The translations under genes were made by a program, and so were the position numbers. This document shows, one piece after another, positions 10,107 through 19,712 of a stretch of 32,000 nucleotides of DNA (within the stretch, counting starts at the first letter, position 1; each line of letters starts with the position of its first letter). The notes under the pieces are model-generated. The model did not search any database, was not told the DNA's origin, and saw only the letters and a list, made by a program, of their open reading frames with translations. This DNA comes from Candidatus Iainarchaeum sp. Its GTDB lineage: Archaea > Iainarchaeota > Iainarchaeia > Iainarchaeales > CSSED10-239. The stretch spans positions 66,418-98,417 of the forward strand of contig JBBISB010000001.1 in assembly GCA_037441475.1 (NCBI GenBank), read 5' to 3'.

Positions 10107-11444
10107 TTATATTTTTTTTAAAATTCCTTTTGCTGCAATTACCCCTGAGATTGCTGCACCTATAATGTTACCTGAAACACCAGCTCCATCTCCAGCCATA
10201 AAAAGGTTTTTAATTTCTGTTTCAAGGTATTTATCTGTTTTTACCTTTGTTGATCTAAACTTTACTTCAGGAGCATATAGAAAAGTTGAATCTCCATCAA
10301 GACCAGGAAGAATCTTTGAAAGAGCTTCAATACCCTCAATTAAGTTAGTTGTTATTCTGTAAGGCATAGCCATACCTATATCCCCTGGAACAGCATCTTT
10401 TAAAGAAGGTTCTATGTGTGCTTTTAAAAGTCTTTCAGGAGTTGATCTTCTTCCTTGTTTTAGATCCTTAAACCTTTGTATGATTGGTTTTCCTGCACCT
10501 AGAAGAGTTACACCTTGAGCAATAAATTCAGCATATTTTCTTGTTGACTCTAAGGGTTTTGTTAAAGCTACTTCTACAACTAAAGCAAAGTTTGAATTTT
10601 TTCCATCGTTATTTGAGTTTGAGTAACCGTTAACACATACATAGTGATCATAATCTTCAACAGCTACAAATCCTTTTGGGCAAGGACAAAAAGTTCTTAC
10701 AACATCATCAAATGTTTTTGTATATAGAGAATAAATTGTTTCATACATTAGTTCAGAGTGACCATTATTAATTGAAGATGGAAATTCAACTCTTACACCA
10801 ACCTCTACTTTATCATAAACTGTTTCAATTTTGTGTTTCTTTGTAATATGTTCAACCCATGAGGCATTGTATCTTCCTGGTGCACATATTACGTACTTTC
10901 CTAAAATTTCTTTTCCATCAACTGTTTTTACACCTTTAATTTCTTTATTTTCAACTATTAGGTCCTTTATCTCTGTGTTAGGTAGAAGTTCTATTCTCTT
11001 TAAAACATCATCTTGCATTTTTTTAATAATTGTAGGAAGTTTATCTGTTCCTACATGTAAGGTTTTTCTTATAAATAGTTTAATGTTATTTCTTTCAGCA
11101 TTATCAACTAAATCTTTTGCTTGTTGCATGTTTTTTGGATAGTAATCAGGGTCTACCCCATACTCTAAGAATTTCTTTTCAACATAATCTAAGTACTCTT
11201 GATATTCATTTAAGGAATAAAGATGTAAAAGCTTTTCATGAGAGAGAACTGGAGTGAAATGTAGTTTTCCATCAGAGAAGGTACCTGCGCCTCCAAAACC
11301 ATTCATAACTTCTGTTTTTTTTCTGTTTTCAACTAGATTTCCTTTATCTATTAAAATTACTTTTAAGGATTTATTTTGTTTAGAAAACTCTAAAGCAGAA
11401 AAAAGACCGGCAGGACCAGCACCAACTATTATTACATCGTACAT
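10107..11444 (-). CDS. NAD(P)/FAD-dependent oxidoreductase
   Basis: N-terminal dinucleotide-binding motif DVIIVGAGPAGLFSALEFS and C-terminal LFMAGDGAGVSGNIIGAAISG. Confidence 0.88.
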   Translation of the reverse strand: MYDVIIVGAGPAGLFSALEFSKQNKSLKVILIDKGNLVENRKKTEVMNGFGGAGTFSDGKLHFTPVLSHEKLLHLYSLNEYQEYLDYVEKKFLEYGVDPDYYPKNMQQAKDLVDNAERNNIKLFIRKTLHVGTDKLPTIIKKMQDDVLKRIELLPNTEIKDLIVENKEIKGVKTVDGKEILGKYVICAPGRYNASWVEHITKKHKIETVYDKVEVGVRVEFPSSINNGHSELMYETIYSLYTKTFDDVVRTFCPCPKGFVAVEDYDHYVCVNGYSNSNNDGKNSNFALVVEVALTKPLESTRKYAEFIAQGVTLLGAGKPIIQRFKDLKQGRRSTPERLLKAHIEPSLKDAVPGDIGMAMPYRITTNLIEGIEALSKILPGLDGDSTFLYAPEVKFRSTKVKTDKYLETEIKNLFMAGDGAGVSGNIIGAAISGVIAAKGILKKI

Positions 11445-11567
11445 TTATTAAAAACCCCTTTTTTTTTATTAATGCAAATTAATGTTGTATAATTAGGTTT
11501 AAAATACTTTTTGTTTTACTGTTTTATATATATAGATAAAAGTATACCTTGTGTATTATGGTTTATT

Positions 11568-12146
11568 ATGATTAAGAATAATAAGATTGAAAAAGTAAAA
11601 AGATTTATACTAAATAGAGAGATTAAAAAAGAAATTAAAAGAGACTTAGCTATTGATCAAAAGATTTCTGCTAATGAAGTGTTTAATTTTTTAACGGAAT
11701 ATAAGAAATCAATTAGATTAAATAAAAATAATAGAGAGTATAGTGAGATTGATAAAACAAATATGAATATATCAATTCTTAATGCAAGGTTAAATGCTTT
11801 AGGAAGAAGAAATTCTAATAAATATTACAATTTAGCTATTGAAAGACTTGAAAATATAAATACTTTTTTCTTACAAAAAGAAGAAATGATTTATAGAACA
11901 AAATTATTTTTAGCAGATATTGAAAAAATACCTAAAAAAGAAATGACTTATGATCTTAATTTTTTGAAAAGTATTACTGTTCAAACTGCTTTTAATGTTG
12001 AAACAAATTTTAGAAGGATATTTACTGAACTTTTAAAAAAATCTCAAAACACAACAAACATTAAAGAATTTTATGCACTTTTAGATATATCTTGTAAAAG
12101 GTTAGATGATTTGTTTATTAAAAAGAAAAATATATATAATAATTAA
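11568..12146 (+). CDS. hypothetical protein (start chosen at an internal Met of the 11511 ORF)
   Basis: ORF MIKNNKIEKVKRFILNREIKKEIKRDL..., charged and probably soluble. The upstream in-frame segment looks non-coding. Confidence 0.55.
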   Translation: MIKNNKIEKVKRFILNREIKKEIKRDLAIDQKISANEVFNFLTEYKKSIRLNKNNREYSEIDKTNMNISILNARLNALGRRNSNKYYNLAIERLENINTFFLQKEEMIYRTKLFLADIEKIPKKEMTYDLNFLKSITVQTAFNVETNFRRIFTELLKKSQNTTNIKEFYALLDISCKRLDDLFIKKKNIYNN

Positions 12147-12439
12147 ATAATTAATTTTAAAGTACCAAAAGAAAGTTAGGCTTTAAACCTTTATAGGCAA
12201 TTAAAGGAAGTATAGGATAACTATTAGAAGAATTGCTATTAAGTATAGTAGATGACTATCTAAGGAACACAGACTTTTTATAAAACTGTGAAGAGATTTA
12301 ACTAAAATTACTAATAAAGTTATTTCTTCAAGAAACAAAGAAAGGTCAAAAGTAGTATTCTATCAGTGTTTTTCACCTCCTTTATCTTCTTTTTGCAAAA
12401 ATAAAAGTAAGCTCAAAACCACATATATAATATACTTGG

Positions 12440-12466
12440 AAGAAGATTTAAAGGCTTCTTTTTTTT
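12440..12466 (+). terminator. hairpin plus T-tract, terminator-like
   Basis: AAGAAG (12440-12445) pairs with CTTCTT (12455-12460) and runs directly into an 8-T tract. Confidence 0.4.
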
Positions 12467-12533
12467 AATTGCCATCCTCTGCAATCTACATAATCCAATT
12501 TATATAAAAACGTATTCTTGTATTAATATATTA

Positions 12534-13760
12534 ATGAAAGATATTGAAAAAATATTTAATCTTATAAAAAAAGAAGAAAAGAGACAACAAGAGACAATTG
12601 AGCTTATAGCTTCTGAAAATATTACCTCTAAAAAAATAAGAGAAGCTTGTGGATCTGTTTTAACAAACAAATATGCTGAAGGATATCCGTCAAAAAGATA
12701 TTATTCAGGGTGTGTTAATGTTGATGAAATTGAACAAATGGCAATTGATTCTTGCAGACAACTTTTTTCTTGTAAATTTGCAAACGTTCAACAACATTCA
12801 GGATCAAATGCTAATGAGATAGCATATTTTTCTTTACTTGAAGCTGGAGATAAGATATTAGGAATGTCTCTTGATGCAGGTGGACATTTAACACACGGTT
12901 ATAAGATTAATTTTTCTGGAAAAAATTATACTTCTTTTTCTTACGGTCTTGACTCTGATGGATATATTGATTATCAAGCTTTAGAAAATCTTGCAAAAGA
13001 AATTAAACCAAAATTGATTGTTGCAGGGGCATCTGCTTATCCTAGAAAAATAGACTTTAAAAGATTTAGAGAGATTGCTGATTCTGTTGGTGCTTATCTT
13101 ATGGTTGATATGGCACACATAGCAGGTTTAGTTGCAGCTGGTTTGCATCAATCGCCTGTTGAATATGCATACATTATAACTTCTACAACTCATAAAACAT
13201 TAAGAGGGCCTAGAGGTTGGTTTATTATTACCAATAACGAAGAACTTTCTAAAAAAATAGATAAAGCTTGTTTTCCTGGTTTTCAAGGTGGACCTTTAGA
13301 GCATATTATTGCAGGAAAAGCTATATGCTTTATAGAAGCTTTAGAACCATCCTTTAAAGAATATCAAGAACAGGTTTTAAAAAATTCAAAAGTTTTTGCT
13401 CAAGAACTTTTAAAATATGGTTTTAATCTTGTTACAAATGGAACTGATAACCATTTGATGTTAGTTGATCTTAGAAGTAAAAAAATTACTGGAAAAAAAG
13501 CAGAAGAACTTTTAGAGAAATGTAATATATCTGTAAATAAGAACGCTATACCAAACGATCCTGAAAAACCATTTGTAACATCTGGGATAAGGATTGGAAC
13601 TCCTGCTATAACTAATAGGGGAATGAAAGAAGAAGATGTAAGATTAATTGTTTCATTTATAGATAGAGTTATATCTAATCCTGAAGATATAGAGATACAT
13701 GAAAAGATAAAAGAAGAAGTTATTTGTTTTTTAGAAAGATTTAAAATTAATGAAATATAA
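12534..13760 (+). CDS. glyA: serine hydroxymethyltransferase
   Basis: 408-aa intact ORF with [35 protein letters not shown] and the PLP-lysine region [13 protein letters not shown]. Confidence 0.97.
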   Translation: MKDIEKIFNLIKKEEKRQQETIELIASENITSKKIREACGSVLTNKYAEGYPSKRYYSGCVNVDEIEQMAIDSCRQLFSCKFANVQQHSGSNANEIAYFSLLEAGDKILGMSLDAGGHLTHGYKINFSGKNYTSFSYGLDSDGYIDYQALENLAKEIKPKLIVAGASAYPRKIDFKRFREIADSVGAYLMVDMAHIAGLVAAGLHQSPVEYAYIITSTTHKTLRGPRGWFIITNNEELSKKIDKACFPGFQGGPLEHIIAGKAICFIEALEPSFKEYQEQVLKNSKVFAQELLKYGFNLVTNGTDNHLMLVDLRSKKITGKKAEELLEKCNISVNKNAIPNDPEKPFVTSGIRIGTPAITNRGMKEEDVRLIVSFIDRVISNPEDIEIHEKIKEEVICFLERFKINEI

Positions 13761-13781
13761 TTTAGGAAAAGATGGTAAAAA

Positions 13782-14195
13782 ATGAAAATATACTTTGCAG
13801 GATCAATTAGTGGTGGAAGAGATGATCAAGAGATTTATTTTGAGATAATTAAATATCTTAAAGAAAAAGGGCATGATGTTTTAACAGAACATATCTCAGA
13901 TAAAGGCTTATCAAGTTATGGAGAAAAAAATCTTTCTTCTAAAGAAATATATTTAAGAGATATTGAATGGATTAAGAATGCTGATATTTTAATTGCTGAG
14001 GTTACACAAGTTTCTTTAGGGGTTGGTTATGAACTTGGTTTTGCTGAAGGAATAGGTAAAAAAATAATTTGTCTTTATAGAGAAAAAGAAGGTAAGAGAT
14101 TATCTGCAATGGTTGATGGTAATGATAATTTTAAAGTTATTAGGTATAAGGATATTAGTGAAGTTTTAGAAAAATTAAATGAATTTTTAAGATAA
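13782..14195 (+). CDS. 2'-deoxynucleoside 5'-phosphate N-hydrolase-like (DNPH1/Rcl; nucleoside 2-deoxyribosyltransferase superfamily)
   Basis: MKIYFAGSISGGRDDQEIYFEII...GHDVLTEHISDKGLSSYGE...RDIEWIKNADILIAEVTQVSLGVGYELGFAEGIGKKIICLYREKEGKRLSAMVDG closely follows the Rcl/DNPH1 pattern (GSIRGGR, LTEH, EVTQPSLGVGYELG, LSAM). Confidence 0.88.
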   Translation: MKIYFAGSISGGRDDQEIYFEIIKYLKEKGHDVLTEHISDKGLSSYGEKNLSSKEIYLRDIEWIKNADILIAEVTQVSLGVGYELGFAEGIGKKIICLYREKEGKRLSAMVDGNDNFKVIRYKDISEVLEKLNEFLR

Positions 14196-14220
14196 TAATT
14201 ATGAAAGGTAGTGAAATTAT

Positions 14221-14901
14221 ATGAAAGGAAAGTTAATTGTTATTGATGGAACTGATGGTTCTGGAAAACATACACAAACTATGCTTTTAAAAGAAAATCT
14301 TTTAAAAGAAGGATACTTTGTTGAAACAATTGATTTTCCACAGTATGGTTTAAAATCAGCTGCACCTACAGAAGAATATCTTAATGGTAAGTATGGATCT
14401 GCTAATGATGTTACTCCTTATCAAGCATCTATTCTTTATGCTGTAGATAGGTTTGCAGCTTCTTTTAAGATTAAAGAGTGGCTTAACGAAGGAAGGGTTG
14501 TTCTTTGTGACAGATATGTTTCTGCAAATATGGGACATCAAGCAGGAAAAATTGAAAATATAGAAGAAAGAGATAAATTTCTTGATTGGTTATTTGATTT
14601 AGAGTATAATATTTTTAAAATACCAAAACCAGATATAAATATTTTTTTATATCTTGATCCTGAGATTGCAAGAAGGCTTGCACAGGATAATAAATCTGAA
14701 AAATTTACAAACAATGTTAAAAAAAATGATATTCATGAAAAAGATCCAGAACATATGAAAAAAGCATCACAAGCTTTTTTATATGTTGCTAAAAAATATG
14801 ATTGGATAACTATTGATTGTTCTGATAAAAATAAAGGGATTAGGACAAGAGAAGAAATATCTTTAGAAGTTTTAAAAAAGGTAAAAGAAAAAGGGGTTTG
14901 A
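14221..14901 (+). CDS. tmk: thymidylate kinase
   Basis: P-loop IDGTDGSGKHTQ, motif VLCDRYVSANMGHQAGKI and LID-like region. Confidence 0.92.
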   Translation: MKGKLIVIDGTDGSGKHTQTMLLKENLLKEGYFVETIDFPQYGLKSAAPTEEYLNGKYGSANDVTPYQASILYAVDRFAASFKIKEWLNEGRVVLCDRYVSANMGHQAGKIENIEERDKFLDWLFDLEYNIFKIPKPDINIFLYLDPEIARRLAQDNKSEKFTNNVKKNDIHEKDPEHMKKASQAFLYVAKKYDWITIDCSDKNKGIRTREEISLEVLKKVKEKGV

Positions 14902-14907
14902 TAAAAT

Positions 14908-15775
14908 ATGAAAGCATACCTAAGCATTATTAAAGACATTCTTGAAAAAGGAGAAATTAAAGAAAATAGGACAGGTGTAAATACTGTTGCTATTGCTGGA
15001 GCTATGTTTGAACATGACATGGCTTATGGTTTCCCTTTACTTACAACTAAAAGTGTGCCTTTTAGATTAGTTGCATCTGAACTTGAGTTTTTTATTAAAG
15101 GTTTAACTGATAAAAAATGGTTAATGTCTGAAAATAATCATATCTGGGATCAATGGTGTTCACCTGATATTGTACCTTATGGAACTGATGAAGAAACTAA
15201 ATTAAAAATGAAAGAAGAAAGAGAGATTGGACCTATCTATGGTTGGCAATGGAGAAACTTTGGTGCAAAATATACTTCTTTTGATAAAGCACCTGAAGGA
15301 TTAGGAATTGATCAACTTAAAAAACTTGTAGATACATTAAAGAAAAATCCAAATGATAGAAGAATGATTGTATCTGCTTGGAACCCTGTTGATATTCATA
15401 GAATGGCTCTTCCACCTTGTCATTATGGCTTTCAAGTAACTGTTATTAATGGTAAGTTAAATCTATTATGGAATGAAAGATCTGTTGACTATGCTTTAGG
15501 ACTGCCGTTTAATATTGCGAGCTATGGATTATTATTACATTAACTTGCAAAAGAAGCTGGTCTTAAGGAAGGAAAATTAATTGGTTTTTTAGGGGATACA
15601 CATGTTTATGAAAATCATATAGAGGGTTTAAAAGAACAACTTAAAAGAGAACCTTTTAGTTTACCAAAGATCGAAACTAAAAACTTTAAATCTATCTTTG
15701 AATGGAAATACTCTGATACTGAGATTATTGATTATAAAAAAACAGCCACCTATAAAATTTGAAATTGCTGTTTAA
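14908..15775 (+). CDS. thyA: thymidylate synthase, interrupted by an in-frame TAA and a +1 frameshift
   Basis: ENRTGVNT, MALPPCHYGFQV (active-site Cys) and RSVDYALGLPFNIASYGLLLH, then TAA at 15541-15543. It continues in frame with LAKEAGLKEGKLIGFLGDTHVYENHIEGLKEQL, and a shift at the A7 run (15736-15742) restores PPIKFEIAV*. Confidence 0.93.
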
Positions 15776-15789
15776 GAGGTTTTTTATAA

Positions 15790-16293
15790 ATGAAAGAAGT
15801 AATCATTATTGCTGCAGTTTCTAAAAATAATGTAATAGGTAAAGATAACAAGATACCTTGGTATATTAAAGAAGATTTTCTTCATTTTAAGGAGCTTACA
15901 ACAGGGCATCCTATAATCATGGGTAAAAATACTTACCTTTCTTTACCTAAACGACCACTTCCTAATAGAACAAATATTGTTTTAACCTTTAAAGAAGATG
16001 ATTTTAATGAAAAAAATATTTTTATTAAACATTCTTTAGAGGATGCTATTTATTTTGGACATAGTATTAATGAAAGAATATATATCATTGGTGGAGCATC
16101 CATTTACAAACAATCTATTGAAATTGCAACAAAATTAGAAATTACAAGAATTGATCAAGAGTATCAGTGAGATACATTCTTTCCTGAAATTGATTTAGAT
16201 GTTTGGAAAGTTATTAAAGAAGAAAAACATGAGTGGTATTCTTTTTTAACCTACATTAGAAAGTTAAATTATTATGGATGTCAAAATTATTAA
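15790..16293 (+). CDS. folA: dihydrofolate reductase with one in-frame TGA
   Basis: MKEVIIIAAVSKNNVIGKDNKIPWYIKEDFLHFKELTTGHPIIMGKNTYLSLPKRPLPNRTNIVLT...YIIGGASIYKQ. TGA at 16168-16170 falls in DQEYQ*DTFFPEIDLDVWKVI where the family normally has Gly. Confidence 0.92.
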
Positions 16294-16981
16294 AAAAGAA
16301 ATAGATTCTTACTTTAATAAAGAAAGAAGCCTTCACTCCAAAAGATTCTTTAAGACTGGTAAGGGAGAGTATGGAGAAGGGGATGTCTTTCTTGGTTTAT
16401 CTGTTCCTTTACAGAGAAGTATTGCTAAAAAATATTTTAAAGAAATTAAAATCACTGACTTGAACGTCCTTATCACTTCAAAAGTTCATGAACATAGACA
16501 GGTTGCTTTATTTTTATTGGTTTATAGATTTGATATTGAAAGTAATCTTGGACAAAAAGAAATATTTGATTATTATGTTAAAAATATTGAATATGTAAAC
16601 AACTGGGACTTAGTGGACTCTTCTGCTCCAAACATTATTGGAAGATATCTTTTTGAAAATCCTTCTAAAAGAGATGTACTTTACAAGTGGGTTAAATCAG
16701 AGAAGCTTTTTATTAGAAGGATCTCTATTATAGCTACTTTTTATTTTATTAAAAATAACTATTTTTCTGATAGTTTAAAAATATCAAAAATTCTTTTGAA
16801 AGATAAGGAAGACTTAATCCATAAAGCAGTTGGATGGATGCTTAGAGAGATTGGAAATAGGGATCTACAAGAAGAAACTAAATTCTTAGATAAACATGTA
16901 AAGGAAATGCCAAGGACAATGCTTAGGTATGCTATTGAAAAGTTTGAAGAGGAAAAAAAATTAAAATATCTTAAAGCTTAG
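16274..16981 (+). CDS. DNA alkylation repair (AlkD-like) HEAT-repeat protein
   Basis: FFKTGKGEYGEGDVFLGLSVPLQRSIAKKY, HEHRQVALFLLVYRF, NNWDLVDSSAPNIIGRYL and IHKAVGWMLREIGNRD. Confidence 0.92.
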   Translation: MDVKIIKKEIDSYFNKERSLHSKRFFKTGKGEYGEGDVFLGLSVPLQRSIAKKYFKEIKITDLNVLITSKVHEHRQVALFLLVYRFDIESNLGQKEIFDYYVKNIEYVNNWDLVDSSAPNIIGRYLFENPSKRDVLYKWVKSEKLFIRRISIIATFYFIKNNYFSDSLKISKILLKDKEDLIHKAVGWMLREIGNRDLQEETKFLDKHVKEMPRTMLRYAIEKFEEEKKLKYLKA

Positions 16982-17412
16982 ATTCTTGAAGCTACCCAGA
17001 AAGTTAAAAATCCTAAAAAAGCAAATAAAAAGTAAAATGGGCTTAAAAGAAATAATGGAGCTGAAAGATAGATTCCTGTTGTTAAGGATTTGTATATTGA
17101 AGGACTTGTGGTTAAAAAGACTAAGACAAAGATACATCCTATTATTATTAAAGGCACTAATAACAATTTAGTGAGTATAAAGACTATAATTGCAGCTATA
17201 AACAGAAGTATTGATATGTTTTTTTGATGCTTGTTGATCATATTATCTTCATTAGATATATCTGGTAAAAATAAATAGATTATAAAGATCCCAGCAACAA
17301 TTATTAAAGGAATACTAGATAGTTTAGTAAAATCTACAAATAAGATATATACTAAATAGAAAACTAATAACCCTAATAAAATTCTAACTTCTTGTTTCAT
17401 AAATATAACCAA
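16978..17412 (-). CDS. small multi-TM membrane protein, unknown function
   Basis: 144-aa hydrophobic ORF, tail-to-tail overlap with the AlkD-like gene. Confidence 0.5.
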   Translation of the reverse strand: MVIFMKQEVRILLGLLVFYLVYILFVDFTKLSSIPLIIVAGIFIIYLFLPDISNEDNMINKHQKNISILLFIAAIIVFILTKLLLVPLIIIGCIFVLVFLTTSPSIYKSLTTGIYLSAPLFLLSPFYFLFAFLGFLTFWVASRI

Positions 17413-17474
17413 ATATAGTTTGTATAACTATATTAGGTTAAAAAATGTTTATAAACATTACTTTTTCTTATAAA

Positions 17475-18266
17475 TTACCTATGTGCTTTCTTTTTATGTT
17501 TTATCATAGATAAAGGTATAATTTTCTTAGAAGTTGTTGGTTTTATTAAACTTTTAATCTCAGGCATGCATTCTTTAGGTACATTTTTAAAATCTATTTT
17601 TGAGAGAGGAACTTTTAAATCTATAAACCTTTTTAAATAATTTTCAAAAGCATATCTTTTATATTCTTTTTCAGAAGCTGTGTTGTATTTTGGGGGCATT
17701 TCTAAAACATAGTTAATTTTTTTACTTTCAGAGTATTTTTGGATGAAGGTAATTACTTTAGACATCCAATCTTGATTTAGTTTTGATGAAAGTCTTTGTA
17801 AATCGTTTCTTTTACCTTTAACTCCTTGCATATACTTTAACCTAAGAGTAGGATCGCTTTTTTCAAAACTGAATAGAAAATTAAAATTAGCTATTATTTC
17901 ATTTTTATAAAAAATATCGTACTGAGTGCCGTTATAAAACTCATGAGGAGAAGTGTAATTAGATTTTTTAATTTTAAAATCTTTTCTAAAAGAAATTTCT
18001 TTGAATTTATTTCTAAAATTAAGATTATAGTCAATAGATTTAATTATTTTATTAAAGGATAAATCTTTTGGAAGTAAGATTAATATCTTTAGGGCATTTT
18101 CAAGTTCAAGAGAATTATGGTATTTTTTTAAAATATATTCTTTTTGTTTAGTGGTTATTGATCTAAATGAATCTTTAGAGTAAGTATTAAAGAATAAATA
18201 GATTGCTTCATTTTCTTTAATATGTGGACCTAAGTCATTTAAGAATAATTCTAAATTTATTGTCAT
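17475..18266 (-). CDS. hypothetical protein
   Basis: Intact 263-aa ORF. No recognised family. Confidence 0.6.
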   Translation of the reverse strand: MTINLELFLNDLGPHIKENEAIYLFFNTYSKDSFRSITTKQKEYILKKYHNSLELENALKILILLPKDLSFNKIIKSIDYNLNFRNKFKEISFRKDFKIKKSNYTSPHEFYNGTQYDIFYKNEIIANFNFLFSFEKSDPTLRLKYMQGVKGKRNDLQRLSSKLNQDWMSKVITFIQKYSESKKINYVLEMPPKYNTASEKEYKRYAFENYLKRFIDLKVPLSKIDFKNVPKECMPEIKSLIKPTTSKKIIPLSMIKHKKKAHR

Positions 18267-18479
18267 ATATGTAAAATTTAAAGATAAACTGTTTTTTAAA
18301 AGTATCTGTTAATTAAATATTTATTAAGATATAAATTAGATACATTTATGGTTGTAAGAAAAAATTTATCAATTCCTCGTAAAATTAACTCTTCTACTGT
18401 TAGATTTAAGAGTTATGAACATGTTTTAGAAGAAAAAACAAAACATCAAATAAAGTTAATTTTAAATTAAATTAGTAAA

Positions 18480-19246
18480 AAACCTAATAGAAGGTTTGAT
18501 TTTAATATTTTAAGCGAGCATAAGGTTGTTGAAAGATTATATTTAGATAAAAATTCAACTAATTGGAGAAGGAAAGATTGGTTTTATTTACAATGGTTTC
18601 TTAAAATTAAAAGATTCTCCTCAAAAAAAAGAGAGTTGCTATTAAGTTTTTTAAGTTAAGTTATGATAATGATACTATTAATATTTATAAAAGTGTTATT
18701 AAAAAACTAGAAACTTTTAAGTATCCTTCTGGAAAAAATATTTTTCCAAAAACTGCTTTTTTAAGAGTGGGTTTATTAGATAATCATAAACCTATTTGGG
18801 TACAAGTTTCTTCTGCATTTATTAATAGAGTTGGGCCTACGACTGTTTCTAAATTTAAAAGAAATAATGCTTTTAATTATTCTAAAGAAGCAATTAAGGA
18901 AGTTGAATATATTTATAGAAAAATAATTGATATGGGTTATAGTCCTTATGATTTGGTTGCTCAATTAAAGGGTAAAAATGAAGTTATTCCAATTGATATT
19001 GATATGATTGTACATCAGTTTATAGGCAGAGGTAATAAACTAATTACACGTAAAAAAGATAAAATTAAAGATTTACTTATTTCTTTTGGAAAATTATCTT
19101 ATGGTATGGGTCAAGGAGCTCCTGTTGTTTCTGAAAAGATATTTATTGAGCTTTGTCAGACACTTTTACAAAATAAGAAAGAATGGACAAAAGAAATCCA
19201 AGAAGCTATTTCTAATGCGCGTAATTATGCTAATATTAATTTATAA
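18480..19246 (+). pseudogene. hypothetical protein with disrupted 5' part
   Basis: Homogeneous coding-like sequence EHKVVERLYLDKNSTNWRRKDWFYLQWFLKIKRFSSKKK | RVAIKFFKLSYDNDTINIYKSVIKKLETFKYPSGKNIFPKTAFLRVG|MGLLDNHKP... is joined across an A8 run near 18625. Only the 18767-19246 part has an ATG. Confidence 0.45.
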
Positions 19247-19481
19247 TTTAAATTTTATAATTTTTTTAATTATTTTTAATTTTTTGTTTAGTTATATTTA
19301 TTGGACAGTGTTTTTAGCTAAAAATTTTACTGGCTTAAAAAATTATTATTTATTAAATAATATACTATTTAAATATAATCTTATTTAAATAATATAATAA
19401 ATACCTTTAAAAACCTTTTCTACTAAATATTAATAAAAATTTAAATTGTTTTTTCGGTATAAGATAAATAAGGTGGAATAA

Positions 19482-19712
19482 ATGGGTGTAATTACAATAT
19501 CTTTAGATAAAGAATCTGAAAGACTTTTAAGAGAATCAGCAAAGATGCACTATGGTAATAGAAAGGATGCTTTAAGTAAAACTATTATAAAAGCTTTAAA
19601 TAATTTAGAAAATAGTAGGGATAATCTTAAGAAAAATATGATTGAAAGACTTAAAAATCCTATAAAAACTAGGTTAAAAAGTATAAAAAATAGGGACGAA
19701 TATTATAAGTAG
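19482..19712 (+). CDS. ribbon-helix-helix antitoxin-like protein
   Basis: MGVITISLDKESERLLRESAKMHYGNRKDALSKTIIKALNNLEN, with a short RHH-like domain and basic tail directly upstream of a PIN gene. Confidence 0.7.
   Translation: MGVITISLDKESERLLRESAKMHYGNRKDALSKTIIKALNNLENSRDNLKKNMIERLKNPIKTRLKSIKNRDEYYK

Noticed and set aside
9318-11451. Plus-strand ORFs 9318-9599, 9840-10067, 9988-10362, 10831-11142, 11254-11451
   Set aside because: Mostly antisense to the HTH-TM gene and FAD oxidoreductase, which have clear motifs on the minus strand. The 5' part of 9318-9599 is intergenic with no coding support.
14356-15020. Minus-strand ORFs within tmk/thyA
   Set aside because: Antisense to well-recognised enzymes.
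15541-16170. Whole-genome reassignment of UGA to glycine
   Set aside because: Only folA shows this, while several 300-460-aa genes have no in-frame TGA. thyA has a TAA instead. Sequencing error or strain variation is simpler, although TGA use as a true stop is rare here, so a genome-wide check is still worthwhile.
16986-17171. Plus-strand ORF after the AlkD-like gene
   Set aside because: Overlaps the more plausible minus-strand membrane protein. A lysine-rich run ILEATQKVKNPKKANKK* just after the AlkD stop was noted, but I could not show it is read.
18776-18964. Minus-strand ORF within the 18.5-19.2 kb gene
   Set aside because: Antisense to a longer coherent reading frame with no motifs of its own.
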